A stretch of 39,716 nt of DNA from Candidatus Scatosoma sp. Lineage in GTDB: Bacteria; Bacillota; Clostridia; Christensenellales; Borkfalkiaceae. The notes under the pieces were generated by a model, which was not told where the DNA came from, made no database searches, and saw only the letters and a program-made list of their open reading frames with translations. This document shows, piece by piece, positions 6,102 through 14,501 of this stretch. Where the stretch lies: the NCBI GenBank assembly GCA_045635025.1, contig JAZRBK010000188.1, positions 1 through 39,716 on the forward strand, read 5' to 3'. The position numbers and the translations under genes were made by a program. Every line of letters starts with the position of its first letter. Within the stretch, counting starts at the first letter, position 1.

Positions 6102-6427
6102 TGTCCTTTCTCCTTTGCCTTCATTTCGCACAAAAACTTTTCCAACGCACCCGCCTGTTCCATTCTTTTTTGTGCCGTCTTCCTGCATCCGTCCGCGGTT
6201 TCGGTTAGCCATTTTTTCAGCCCGATTTTTGCTTCTTCTTCCGTTGTGTAAAATTTTTCATTATGAACAGCCATATCCGACTTTTTGACAACTCGCGCAC
6301 AACAAGTCCAAGTCTTGTCTTTCACGATGTTATACGATTTTTCCCTTTCTTCCGCTTCTACGGTTCTAATAACGGGACACCTATTAGAATAAATCCACTC
6401 GCTCACGCTAAAAAAATACAATTTCAT
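6098..6427 (-). CDS. Hypothetical protein (109 aa)
   Basis: ORF trimmed to MKLYFF; ATGA overlap. Confidence 0.75.
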   Translation of the reverse strand: MKLYFFSVSEWIYSNRCPVIRTVEAEEREKSYNIVKDKTWTCCARVVKKSDMAVHNEKFYTTEEEAKIGLKKWLTETADGCRKTAQKRMEQAGALEKFLCEMKAKEKGQ

Positions 6428-6834
6428 TCCTCTACCTCCACGCCGTCCTCTTTTGCCCAACTTTCAACATTTCGCAATATACAAAGCGCGTCGTCATTGT
6501 TTACCATAAGTTCTCGCAAATCCAATACGGCTTTGTAAATCTCTTTCGCCTTTTCCTTTCTTACCTCGTCGGCTTTGCGATAAATATTCCAAGCACTACT
6601 TGCTAAACTGTACCTTCTGCTCAATTTTAAGGATAGTAAACCTTTCGCGCACTCCTCGTACAACGCTCTTTTTTCATCGTTCTCTATATTTGGGATAGAG
6701 CAATCAAGACAATACTTTATATGATTATCCTCAAAGTTTCCGTCCCCGATGACGATATGAAGGGCACCGCCGCTTTCATTATCAAGATATACTTTATATA
6801 TCATATCCTCAATTCGCTTTTCTTGTTCAGTCAT
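6424..6834 (-). CDS. Hypothetical protein (136 aa) carrying a YRKADEVRKE motif
   Basis: ORF trimmed to MTEQEKRIE, which has a GGGGGAGG RBS. It shares the motif with 4024..4347. Confidence 0.75.
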   Translation of the reverse strand: MTEQEKRIEDMIYKVYLDNESGGALHIVIGDGNFEDNHIKYCLDCSIPNIENDEKRALYEECAKGLLSLKLSRRYSLASSAWNIYRKADEVRKEKAKEIYKAVLDLRELMVNNDDALCILRNVESWAKEDGVEVEE

Positions 6835-7405
6835 TTGCCTTTTCCTCCCCCACAATTTCTTCCAAAATCTCGTTCACAACAGCCCTTATTTGCCCTTTGG
6901 TAAATGACGCCGTATTGCAGGCGCGCTTTTCGGGTATTCTCAACCTTTCTTTTATTGCCGCCGCGAACCTTTTTGCCGCGATTTGCTCCCCTCTCCAAAA
7001 GCCGATGTCGTAGCCCTTGTTGTATTGATTTCGGTCATAGTTCAATGCCTTTGCAAGTTCTTCCTTGTCAACATAGACGGCAAATTTATTTACGGCGCGG
7101 ATAACTTCGCTTTCCACCGCTTCGTTAAACGCGCTTACATATTCCCGAACGGCGACTGTAATGGGGGAATTGTACCCCTCCCTATTCTTTTCTTCCGTTT
7201 CTTTCCTTTCTTGCTTAATAGCGCGTTGAATTTCCTGCATAAAAAAAGAAGAATGAACGATACTTTTTGCCAAGTCAAAACTCGCCAAATTCGGTATGCC
7301 TCCTTTTCGGACAAAATCAATACCGTTATACTCGCGCCAACAAGCAATGACCGAAGCAATGCCTCCAATCATTCTTTCGCAAAACTCTTTTTGTTGTTGC
7401 TCCAT
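6827..7405 (-). CDS. Hypothetical protein (192 aa)
   Basis: ORF trimmed to MEQQQKEF, which has an AAAGGGGG RBS. It is the first gene after the leader. Confidence 0.8.
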   Translation of the reverse strand: MEQQQKEFCERMIGGIASVIACWREYNGIDFVRKGGIPNLASFDLAKSIVHSSFFMQEIQRAIKQERKETEEKNREGYNSPITVAVREYVSAFNEAVESEVIRAVNKFAVYVDKEELAKALNYDRNQYNKGYDIGFWRGEQIAAKRFAAAIKERLRIPEKRACNTASFTKGQIRAVVNEILEEIVGEEKAND

Positions 7406-7420
7406 ACTCTTACCCCCTTT

Positions 7421-7482
7421 AATAGAAAAGCCCGACGGGGCGTTACTCGGTGGGTCAAGCACCTTTCGCGCCCCAACGGGCT
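7421..7482 (-). terminator. Intrinsic-terminator-like hairpin inside a 5' leader (candidate attenuator)
   Basis: The minus-strand RNA reads AGCCCGTTGGGGCG ... CGCCCCGTCGGGCT followed by TTTTCTATT. It lies between the consensus promoter (7539-7567) and the ATG at 7405. Confidence 0.55.
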
Positions 7483-7538
7483 ATTTTCACCTTGTCCTTT
7501 TGTATTCGTCAGCCGCCTTGACCTCAACTAACACCTTT

Positions 7539-7567
7539 ATTATATCAGCCTTTCATTGTGTTGTCAA
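7539..7567 (-). promoter_or_regulatory. Perfect consensus promoter: TTGACA, 17-nt spacer, TATAAT
   Basis: On the minus strand, TTGACA is at 7567-7562 and TATAAT at 7544-7539. The upstream A-rich block (aaaaaagttaaaaaattttatg) is shared with the promoters at 1249 and 39494. Confidence 0.75.
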
Positions 7568-7586
7568 GGGGTTTTCATAAAATTTT

Positions 7587-8489
7587 TTAACTTTTTTCTT
7601 CCTCGCCGTCATCATCGGCTTGCGGCGTGATTTTTGCCCACGAAAAGAACTTATCAATAAACATAATAAGTTCCACATAGAACTTGTTTTTGTACTCGCG
7701 CGAGGACTTTTCGCCGTTGATATAGGACGATACGGCGGTCATAATCATAGAACCGATAAACACGCACGATTTCACAATAGCGGCAAAGGAAAGCCCGTCA
7801 CGCATATTATAGCCGATGTACGCGAGAATACCGCCGATGACAATGGACTTAAACAGGCGGGCGGCGTGTTGCGCTTTGCGGTAGGTTTGCGAGCCGTCCT
7901 TGATAGCCTCCGTGTAGTCGCGGTCAACTGCGGAAAGGATAGTTTCGGGGTTGTTCGCCTTGACGGGGTTTTTCCCGAAAACAAGTTTAATGACCGCCCT
8001 GCGGCGTTTTGGCGTAAAGTACAGCACCTTGCCGTTCAACTCCAACTTGTCAATGGTTTTCAGTTCCGCTTTGGACTTTTGGGCAAGGGCGGCGTACTCC
8101 TCAACGCTCACGCCGATTTTAGCACATTCGTCAGCAATATGGCGCGCCTTGCGTTCCTCAAAGTCATACTCGCAAAACTCCCTCAACTTCTCCACCGAAC
8201 TGTTGTCCGTAGTGATAATTTGGGCGGATTTCTTATTATAGGATTTTCGGTTTGTTTGAAATACATTGTCAAGTTCCCCGTATCGTTCGCCGTCGGGGAA
8301 GTATGCAAAGTGCGTGCTTATTTGGATAGCCGCCGTCAGCGCGAAGTCTATCCAATCAATCTTGCTTTTAATGGAAAGCGTCACGAAAATATATAACGCC
8401 AAAAGTGCGATAATCGTGACCGAAAGCGTCCAAGTCCTTGCGCGGATTATACGGACGCGCGCCGTGAATTGATTTGTGTTATTTCCCAT
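7587..8489 (-). CDS. Multi-pass membrane protein (300 aa), function unknown
   Basis: ORF track. It has at least 4 hydrophobic helices, two N-terminal and two C-terminal, around a soluble central domain. Confidence 0.8.
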   Translation of the reverse strand: MGNNTNQFTARVRIIRARTWTLSVTIIALLALYIFVTLSIKSKIDWIDFALTAAIQISTHFAYFPDGERYGELDNVFQTNRKSYNKKSAQIITTDNSSVEKLREFCEYDFEERKARHIADECAKIGVSVEEYAALAQKSKAELKTIDKLELNGKVLYFTPKRRRAVIKLVFGKNPVKANNPETILSAVDRDYTEAIKDGSQTYRKAQHAARLFKSIVIGGILAYIGYNMRDGLSFAAIVKSCVFIGSMIMTAVSSYINGEKSSREYKNKFYVELIMFIDKFFSWAKITPQADDDGEEEKS

Positions 8490-8513
8490 AAGTTACCCCC
8501 TTTTAACTTTTTG

Positions 8514-9014
8514 CTATTTCGCTCTTTTCTTGTAGTTCTCCATTCTCACCGCGTCGCCCTGCGGTTTTTTTAGTACATTGAAAACCGAGCCTGCACCCAT
8601 TGAAACAAGGATAAGCCCTGCGCTCGCCCGAAGGTCGGCAAGCCATTTCATAGCCACCGTGGTGACGAACACAAGCACGATAAACGGCAACAAGAGCATA
8701 AGGCGTTGGTAAATACTGTTCTTGACCTTGTGCTTGTTTATGTCCTCGCTTATCACTTGCTTTACTTCGGGGTCGGTTGCCTCCGCCAACTGTTGGAGCA
8801 TTGTGTCCAACTTCTCGCGGAAGTGCTTTTCAAAAATCGCCTTTGCCGTGAACAGCACCGCGATAAAGAGGATTATTCCCGTCAAGGACAGTTTGTATCC
8901 CATAGAGGTATCGGGGACGAGGTAATTGTATAAAATCACCGCGCCCGACCCTCCAAAGGTCAGCAAAAAGTCCAAGACGGAATAGGTGATATACTTCTTC
9001 TTTGCGGAACTCAT
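8514..9014 (-). CDS. Four-TM membrane protein (166 aa); holin-like role possible
   Basis: ORF track; four hydrophobic segments; ATGA overlap with the upstream gene. Confidence 0.75.
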   Translation of the reverse strand: MSSAKKKYITYSVLDFLLTFGGSGAVILYNYLVPDTSMGYKLSLTGIILFIAVLFTAKAIFEKHFREKLDTMLQQLAEATDPEVKQVISEDINKHKVKNSIYQRLMLLLPFIVLVFVTTVAMKWLADLRASAGLILVSMGAGSVFNVLKKPQGDAVRMENYKKRAK

Positions 9015-9535
9015 TTCCAGCCCTCAATTTTGCGTTTTACGGGGCGTTTGGGGGCTTCCTCGACCTCCGTGACCTCCACAACGCTTTCAACGGTTTGCGG
9101 GGCAAATAGAGCCTGCGCGTCGGTGATAGCGGAATGCAGGGCGGTTTTCTTCGCCTCCCCAACCGTACTGTCATCAAAATATGCCGCCTGCGCCGCTAAC
9201 ACATTCAATAATGCGGCGTTCTCGGCGTGTATCTTATCACAAGTCGCCTGTACGCGTTCATTCGCGCTCTCATTCACCTTTTGCATTTCGCTTAACACAA
9301 GCGGCTCAATAGAGTGCGTCAAAACCGTGCCTTTCAAGCGTTCCAATGCCGCATTGAACTCGACGATGAGGATAGACCTCATTTCCTTTAAGAAGCCGTC
9401 GAAGTTCAGTTTGGCAAAGCCTTTTGTGATTTTCCCCCGAATGAACGGGAGAATAACCATTGTGACAATGCCGCCCATTAAGCCGCCCGAAATGTAGGGG
9501 GCGATGATTTCCCAAAATGCCCTCAATTTTTCCAT
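9011..9535 (-). CDS. N-terminally anchored membrane protein (174 aa)
   Basis: ORF track. One TM segment (IAPYISGGLMGGIVTMVILPFI) is followed by a helical domain. Confidence 0.75.
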   Translation of the reverse strand: MEKLRAFWEIIAPYISGGLMGGIVTMVILPFIRGKITKGFAKLNFDGFLKEMRSILIVEFNAALERLKGTVLTHSIEPLVLSEMQKVNESANERVQATCDKIHAENAALLNVLAAQAAYFDDSTVGEAKKTALHSAITDAQALFAPQTVESVVEVTEVEEAPKRPVKRKIEGWK

Positions 9536-9547
9536 AGTTCCTCTCCT

Positions 9548-9721
9548 TTATACCTGTCGCGGCAGTTTCGTCTTGCCGTCGATTATGGTCTTTGTCTTTT
9601 CGTCATACTCAAAGCAAATAAGGTTAAGCCCCTTGCAGGTTTTTGTCGTTTGGTCGAAAAGGCGGCATTTCGCGCAGTCCACCATTGTCCGCACGCGCTT
9701 TAATTCAATGTTGTAAATCAT
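9548..9721 (-). CDS. Small Cys-containing protein (57 aa)
   Basis: ORF trimmed to MIYNIELK so it does not overlap the upstream gene; GAGGTGG RBS. Confidence 0.6.
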   Translation of the reverse strand: MIYNIELKRVRTMVDCAKCRLFDQTTKTCKGLNLICFEYDEKTKTIIDGKTKLPRQV

Positions 9722-9728
9722 AGCCACC

Positions 9729-9935
9729 TCACTCAATCCACGCGGGGCGCTTCGGACAAATGCCCGTTTCAGGCGCGTCAAGACAGTCTTGATACCACTT
9801 TTGCAATTCGTCCTTTTGCTTTTTTGTCAGTTTGTTATACCAAGCCGTTCCCCTATTGACGATGGGAAAACAGTTCTTTTCGCGCCAAGCGCGGATTTTT
9901 TGTTTCGTTGCTTCCGAAATTTTTTTTCTATACAT
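9729..9935 (-). CDS. Hypothetical protein (68 aa)
   Basis: ORF track; AAGGAGG RBS. Confidence 0.75.
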   Translation of the reverse strand: MYRKKISEATKQKIRAWREKNCFPIVNRGTAWYNKLTKKQKDELQKWYQDCLDAPETGICPKRPAWIE

Positions 9936-9951
9936 AATTGCTCACCTCCTT

Positions 9952-11259
9952 TTAACCGATCGTTAACGTGCCGGAGTCGCCGCTTGCGAACTCCCAATCA
10001 GTTGACGAACCCGATGGATTGTAATATTTCCCAACTGCGCCAGATAAATATTGCAAACTTGCGTTTGAATATTGAGTGCCATTATATACGCCATTGAACG
10101 CTCCGTTGGTCAGAGTTGAACGGATTTCGTATTGTTCGCCCGGAGTATAATTTAACACTTCCTGCGTTCCTGCGGCGATGGTCAATATGCTCGTTTCCCC
10201 TTGATAAACGCTGACAGTATATGATTTGCTGCTCGTGTTTACAATAGTAATACTACCGCCTTGCCCTTGTGCCGCAAACACGGGGTAAAGCGTTACGCTC
10301 TTGTTCATATAAATAGAGTTTGTCCCGTTTGCGGTGTAGGTCGCGGTCGTATCTTCGTCCGTTTCCGACCATCCGATAAATACCTTTGTCGGGTCGCTTA
10401 TGCAGGTAACGGACGGATTGAAGTTGATGTTCGCCGTTTGTCCATCATAGAAGGTCTCGGAACTTGGCACGTTCCCCGTTGCGTCGTTGCCCAACGCATA
10501 GGTCAAGGTGTACTGCGCGGCAAAGACGGGGTAAAGGGTTACATCAGAATACGGATACATATAATTCGTTCCGTCAGATCGATATGTCGCGTCATTAAAC
10601 GAACTTCCGCCATCTGTTTCACTCCAACCAACAAAAACCCTTCCGCTGCCATCGTTCACAGTCGGTGCGGGCGAAAATGATAATTGCACCTCGTCGCCTT
10701 CGGGAACGGTTTGTGCGGACGGAACGCTACCCGTGCCGTAGTCGCCAAGCGCGTAAGTAACGGTGGCGGTTTTTTCTTGCCATACTGCATAAAGAACAAT
10801 GTCATTATCCGTAAAAGTAATCGTGTAAGTTTGCGGGTCATTCTCGTCATACGGATAAGAAGGCGTTACGGCGGAAGGCGACAATGCCCACCCGATAAAA
10901 TCGTATCCTTGACAATACGGAACGCGCTCCTCGCTATCTTCAAATTTTACTGTTGCCGTTTGCCCTGCCGAATAAACAGTTCCATCGTGGGGAATATCCC
11001 CTCCTTCTTCAACGCCCTGCGGGAAGTTTTTATCGTAAAAAACGACAAATTTGTCGTTTGCCACAACACCCGATTGACGCAAACTATCAAGAACGGTGTT
11101 TATTTTCTTGTCCGCTGCATCTCTCGGATAGGGGTCTTTCGCAATGCCTTCTCCCTGCAAAACTGCGCCTTTTGCGTTTGCGGCGGCGGCAGGGAGGTTG
11201 TCGGGTGCTACTTCGACAACATCATCGCCAACCATCAATGTTCTATTTACCTTTGCCAT
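9952..11259 (-). CDS. Listeria-Bacteroides repeat (Flg_new-type) domain protein; candidate adhesin or fibre accessory
   Basis: Three repeats of about 70 aa follow the pattern Y.(V/L)TY....G.(V/P)......(Y/G)......P......F(I/V)GW......Y....V.LY(A/P)V(W/F). Confidence 0.7.
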   Translation of the reverse strand: MAKVNRTLMVGDDVVEVAPDNLPAAAANAKGAVLQGEGIAKDPYPRDAADKKINTVLDSLRQSGVVANDKFVVFYDKNFPQGVEEGGDIPHDGTVYSAGQTATVKFEDSEERVPYCQGYDFIGWALSPSAVTPSYPYDENDPQTYTITFTDNDIVLYAVWQEKTATVTYALGDYGTGSVPSAQTVPEGDEVQLSFSPAPTVNDGSGRVFVGWSETDGGSSFNDATYRSDGTNYMYPYSDVTLYPVFAAQYTLTYALGNDATGNVPSSETFYDGQTANINFNPSVTCISDPTKVFIGWSETDEDTTATYTANGTNSIYMNKSVTLYPVFAAQGQGGSITIVNTSSKSYTVSVYQGETSILTIAAGTQEVLNYTPGEQYEIRSTLTNGAFNGVYNGTQYSNASLQYLSGAVGKYYNPSGSSTDWEFASGDSGTLTIG

Positions 11260-11285
11260 ATTTATCTCTCCTTTTGTTTTTTTAT

Positions 11286-14150
11286 TTATTCAGCCGTAAC
11301 GGGGTTTCCGAACTCGTCCGTCACGGGGTTTCCAAATTCATCGGTTACTTGATTTTCCACAACAGGCGGCGTTGGTGTGGAAGGCACAGCATATACGCCA
11401 CAAAGGAAAAGCGTTGCTTCCGCTCCCCCCATTCCTTTTACAACATAAAAATTCAGCGAAATATCTTCCGTGGGCGTATTTACGCAAGTAAATCTCCAAT
11501 AATTTTGTCCGTTTTTCGTAACTTTGTTTGGAACAATAAAAAGCCCTGCTCTTACCGCTTTTTCCCTGTCTTGTATTGTTGCGGGCGTAAAAAATGCCGC
11601 GTCGTGGTCGCCTATGCCCATAATCGGCGCAGTTGAAAAGTCCATTTCTCCACCGCTCCAATTATTTGCACCCAAAGCCCAAGTCCCACTCGAATTGTTT
11701 ACAATATTCGGGCTTTCCACAACCGCGCGCAAATCAACATACGGATAAGGACTGTAATTACCCTCTCCCAACTCAATAGGAATGCCATTCGTATTTACGC
11801 CGCTATCAATGGTGATAAGGGCTTGATACTGCGCTCTATTCCAACCGTAACTGTTTTTGTACCTGCAATATTGAAAACTGCTAAACTTTACACCTCCGCC
11901 AAGCAAAACTTCCGAATTTGCTCTTGCGAGGACGGAAAGATATTTTGTTTCATTGTCAACCGTATAACGAATGACCGTGAAAGCGTCCTGCGGAATAGTA
12001 AGCCCCGTAGTGTCAAATCTCATCGAGAATTGAACAGTTTTCCCCCTCTCCAACGACTGAATAAGAATATTATCGGAAATCGTCAAAACCACAGTTTCCT
12101 TCGTGTTGTGGAACATATTATTCCCGAAAGTCAGCATTTCAACGGACGGCGTTGCGGTAATAACTTTCATTTCGCCCAAGTCGCCGTATTCAAGCACCTG
12201 CACGCCCGTGTTCAGCCAAAAGTTTGACGGGAACATACTATCGGAAGTAAGAGAATATGTAATAGAATTGCTTGCTTCACGAATAAGGATAAACTCTTGA
12301 TAAATCGTATCCCCCTCTTTCAACCGATAAGGGTTGCCCATTATATTTCCCTTAAACTTCCCAGTAACTGTTGCACTCGCAATGTTGATATTGCCAAAAG
12401 ATACGGGAACAATATCCGTGCTTTGTAAAAGCGGCAAAATCCCGTTGCTTGTATCAATATAAGTTTTTACCTTTAAGTATATTTGCTCGTTGCTCGTTGC
12501 GCTTCTTAAAAATTGATATTTCCCCGAAAAAGAATTTTTGCTCGATATTTCAAAGTTTATGTTGCCGAGCGTGTAAGTTGCCCTACCAAGCACAGTTTCG
12601 CCTATCGGCGCGTCAACTGCGTCAAGCGATACCGAATTGCCAAACCCAAAACTCCAATCTTCCGAGAATACAACTTCGTTATTTACTTTCTTAATGACAA
12701 ACGCATTGTTAAACTCTTTCGGCATAGCGTAGTCTTTTACATATTGTTTTGTCGCGCCCGCCGTTTGCGTAAGATAGGTATTGACGATGTTATTGCCCAA
12801 GCCGTCCTGCAACGCGCGCAAAGCCACGCCGACCTGCGTGTTGCCCGCGATAATGTCCGCGATAGAGGTATGGAGCGTGTTCAAATAGGTGCGAATGTCC
12901 GCGTAATTCCCGTTGTTGTCTTTCACATAAATGGCAACAATTTTGCCGCCCGTGATGTCAACAATGGTGTTTGCCGTCGCGCCCACGGTATAAGTTCCCT
13001 CTACAATACCCGCCGAGCCGTTGCCCGCAAGTTCCATAGGCGGGATTTCATACCAAATCCAATTCGTCCCATTGAAAATCGCCTTGTAGTTTTTGTCAAG
13101 TTGGTCGGTGATTTTTTGAATGATGATAACAGTATCGCCGCCCTTCGGTGCGCGCCCCTCTTTCGTTTGCACATAATTGTTAAGCACGGTGGTCGGGTTC
13201 GGAAGCGGCAAAATATCAGTTGTCACCGTCATTGTACCAACATAATACTCGCCCGCGCCGACAACGCTTTCCAAAGTTGCGATTTTCCCCGCGTTCTCCA
13301 CCGAGCGCGCGTCAGCCGCCGAAGCCGTAGCCGCCGTAGAGTTCTCGCGCGTGTTCAAATTATTAAGCGCGCCCACGACCGTCTTTTCGGTGGTGAATTG
13401 AATATCGTTGTCCTGCTTGTCCTGCTTGCCTTGCATATCCTCCGTAAGTGCGTTCATATCCGCTTCCAAGCGGGCAAGTTCGGACGCTTCCACCGCCTCG
13501 TCGCGGTCAAGCACCGTGGAGCGCAAAATCGGCAAGGTCGCCGTTTGCGAGGTCACAATGTTCGTGATATTTTCCCCCGCGATATTTTCCACATTGATGA
13601 CAAGGGTTTGGTCGCCCACAACATCGGTAAAGTCCTTCGGCATTTGCTTTTCATAAAGCGCATATTCCACGCCCTCGTTTGTGAACTTCTTGACAAAGCG
13701 CGTATAATAGGACTTGCTCTTAAAGACAACGCCGTTCGGGAAAGTTCCAACCATACCGATTTTCACATTCGCGCCCGCCGAGCCGAAGTCAAAATAATCA
13801 ACCGCTTCAAAGCCCCAAACCGCCCCGTCAAATGTCGCCTTATAATAGGTCAGCACGCCCGCGTTGTTGTAAATGTAAAAAACAACATCGCCCGCGTGCG
13901 GTCGCGTTTCGTCCCCCGTAAATGTTTTGATATATGCTGTAAGTAAGGTATTGAGCGCGATTTCGTCCGCCGCGTCCGTCGGGTCAAGCGTGTTTTCCAC
14001 CTGCCCCACTTCAAAGCCGCCCGACAAAATAGCCGTCGGCACAAGAATATTCAACAAAACATTGTTAAATTGCCCGCAGTAAAGCGGAAAGTTTTTGTCA
14101 AGAGCGGCAATTCTCCCACTCGTAGAAAGTTTAATTTTAATGGTATTCAT
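11286..14150 (-). CDS. Tail fibre / receptor-binding protein candidate (954 aa)
   Basis: The call rests on size and position after the 1379-aa protein. It has a central coiled-coil-like segment (LARLEADMNALTEDMQGKQDKQ) and a tandem C-terminal VTDEFGNP octapeptide (24-nt DNA repeat at 11296..11343). Confidence 0.55.
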   Translation of the reverse strand: MNTIKIKLSTSGRIAALDKNFPLYCGQFNNVLLNILVPTAILSGGFEVGQVENTLDPTDAADEIALNTLLTAYIKTFTGDETRPHAGDVVFYIYNNAGVLTYYKATFDGAVWGFEAVDYFDFGSAGANVKIGMVGTFPNGVVFKSKSYYTRFVKKFTNEGVEYALYEKQMPKDFTDVVGDQTLVINVENIAGENITNIVTSQTATLPILRSTVLDRDEAVEASELARLEADMNALTEDMQGKQDKQDNDIQFTTEKTVVGALNNLNTRENSTAATASAADARSVENAGKIATLESVVGAGEYYVGTMTVTTDILPLPNPTTVLNNYVQTKEGRAPKGGDTVIIIQKITDQLDKNYKAIFNGTNWIWYEIPPMELAGNGSAGIVEGTYTVGATANTIVDITGGKIVAIYVKDNNGNYADIRTYLNTLHTSIADIIAGNTQVGVALRALQDGLGNNIVNTYLTQTAGATKQYVKDYAMPKEFNNAFVIKKVNNEVVFSEDWSFGFGNSVSLDAVDAPIGETVLGRATYTLGNINFEISSKNSFSGKYQFLRSATSNEQIYLKVKTYIDTSNGILPLLQSTDIVPVSFGNINIASATVTGKFKGNIMGNPYRLKEGDTIYQEFILIREASNSITYSLTSDSMFPSNFWLNTGVQVLEYGDLGEMKVITATPSVEMLTFGNNMFHNTKETVVLTISDNILIQSLERGKTVQFSMRFDTTGLTIPQDAFTVIRYTVDNETKYLSVLARANSEVLLGGGVKFSSFQYCRYKNSYGWNRAQYQALITIDSGVNTNGIPIELGEGNYSPYPYVDLRAVVESPNIVNNSSGTWALGANNWSGGEMDFSTAPIMGIGDHDAAFFTPATIQDREKAVRAGLFIVPNKVTKNGQNYWRFTCVNTPTEDISLNFYVVKGMGGAEATLFLCGVYAVPSTPTPPVVENQVTDEFGNPVTDEFGNPVTAE

Positions 14151-14188
14151 ACCCGCAACCTCGTTACAAGATTTTTCCCCTTGCTTTT

Positions 14189-14217
14189 AGTTTACCACTT
14201 TTAGAGGAAAAAATCAA
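14189..14217 (-). promoter_or_regulatory. Promoter: TTGATT, 17-nt spacer, TAAACT with TGn extension
   Basis: On the minus strand, TTGATT is at 14217-14212 and TAAACT at 14194-14189, upstream of the 954-aa gene. Confidence 0.45.
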
Positions 14218-14257
14218 GAGCATTAAAAGACTTTTCTTTCCTCGCGCGCACGCGCGG

Positions 14258-14501
14258 TTATTATTTTTTATGTGTATAATAATAGTAATAATAATAAGCA
14301 TTGTGGATAACTTCGGCAATTTTGGCACGATTTTTCTTTGTAATGTTCGGATAAATAGGGAAAAATGCCTAAAATACCCCCTAAAAAGTTATCCACATTT
14401 ATGCAAAGTTATCCACAATTTGAATAAAAAAGTGGTGAGTTATCCACATTTATGCACGAGTTATCCACAAGTTATCCACAAAATAGGGTGAGTTATCCAC
14501 A
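14258..14501. other. oriC-like element: AT-rich tract, a TAA/TAG triplet run, and seven exact DnaA boxes (TTATCCACA)
   Basis: Boxes lie at 14302-14310 (inverted) and at 14389-14397, 14409-14417, 14440-14448, 14461-14469, 14472-14480 and 14493-14501 (direct). Seven TAA/TAG triplets lie at 14277-14297, and the region is non-coding. Confidence 0.7.

Noticed and set aside
12513-13946. Long plus-strand ORFs, such as this 477-aa one. Others are 23436..24581 (381 aa), 7620..8396, 25969..26547, 20626..21084 and 166..855.
   Set aside because: All of them lie antisense to long, well-supported minus-strand genes. They have Arg/Cys/His-rich junk-like composition and no RBS. They are the expected shadow ORFs of roughly 50% GC coding DNA.
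11286-14150. A diversity-generating retroelement targeting the fibre gene.
   Set aside because: I saw no reverse-transcriptase ORF and no template/variable repeat pair with A-specific mismatches. The only repeat at the fibre 3' end is a simple 24-nt tandem duplication.
14270-14491. A 73-aa plus-strand ORF with a repeated SYPHLC, and minus-strand ORFs at 14516..14794 and 14535..14747.
   Set aside because: The peptide repeats are just translated DnaA boxes. The minus-strand ORFs run through the terminator and into the 3' end of the 1379-aa gene in the wrong frame. None has an RBS.
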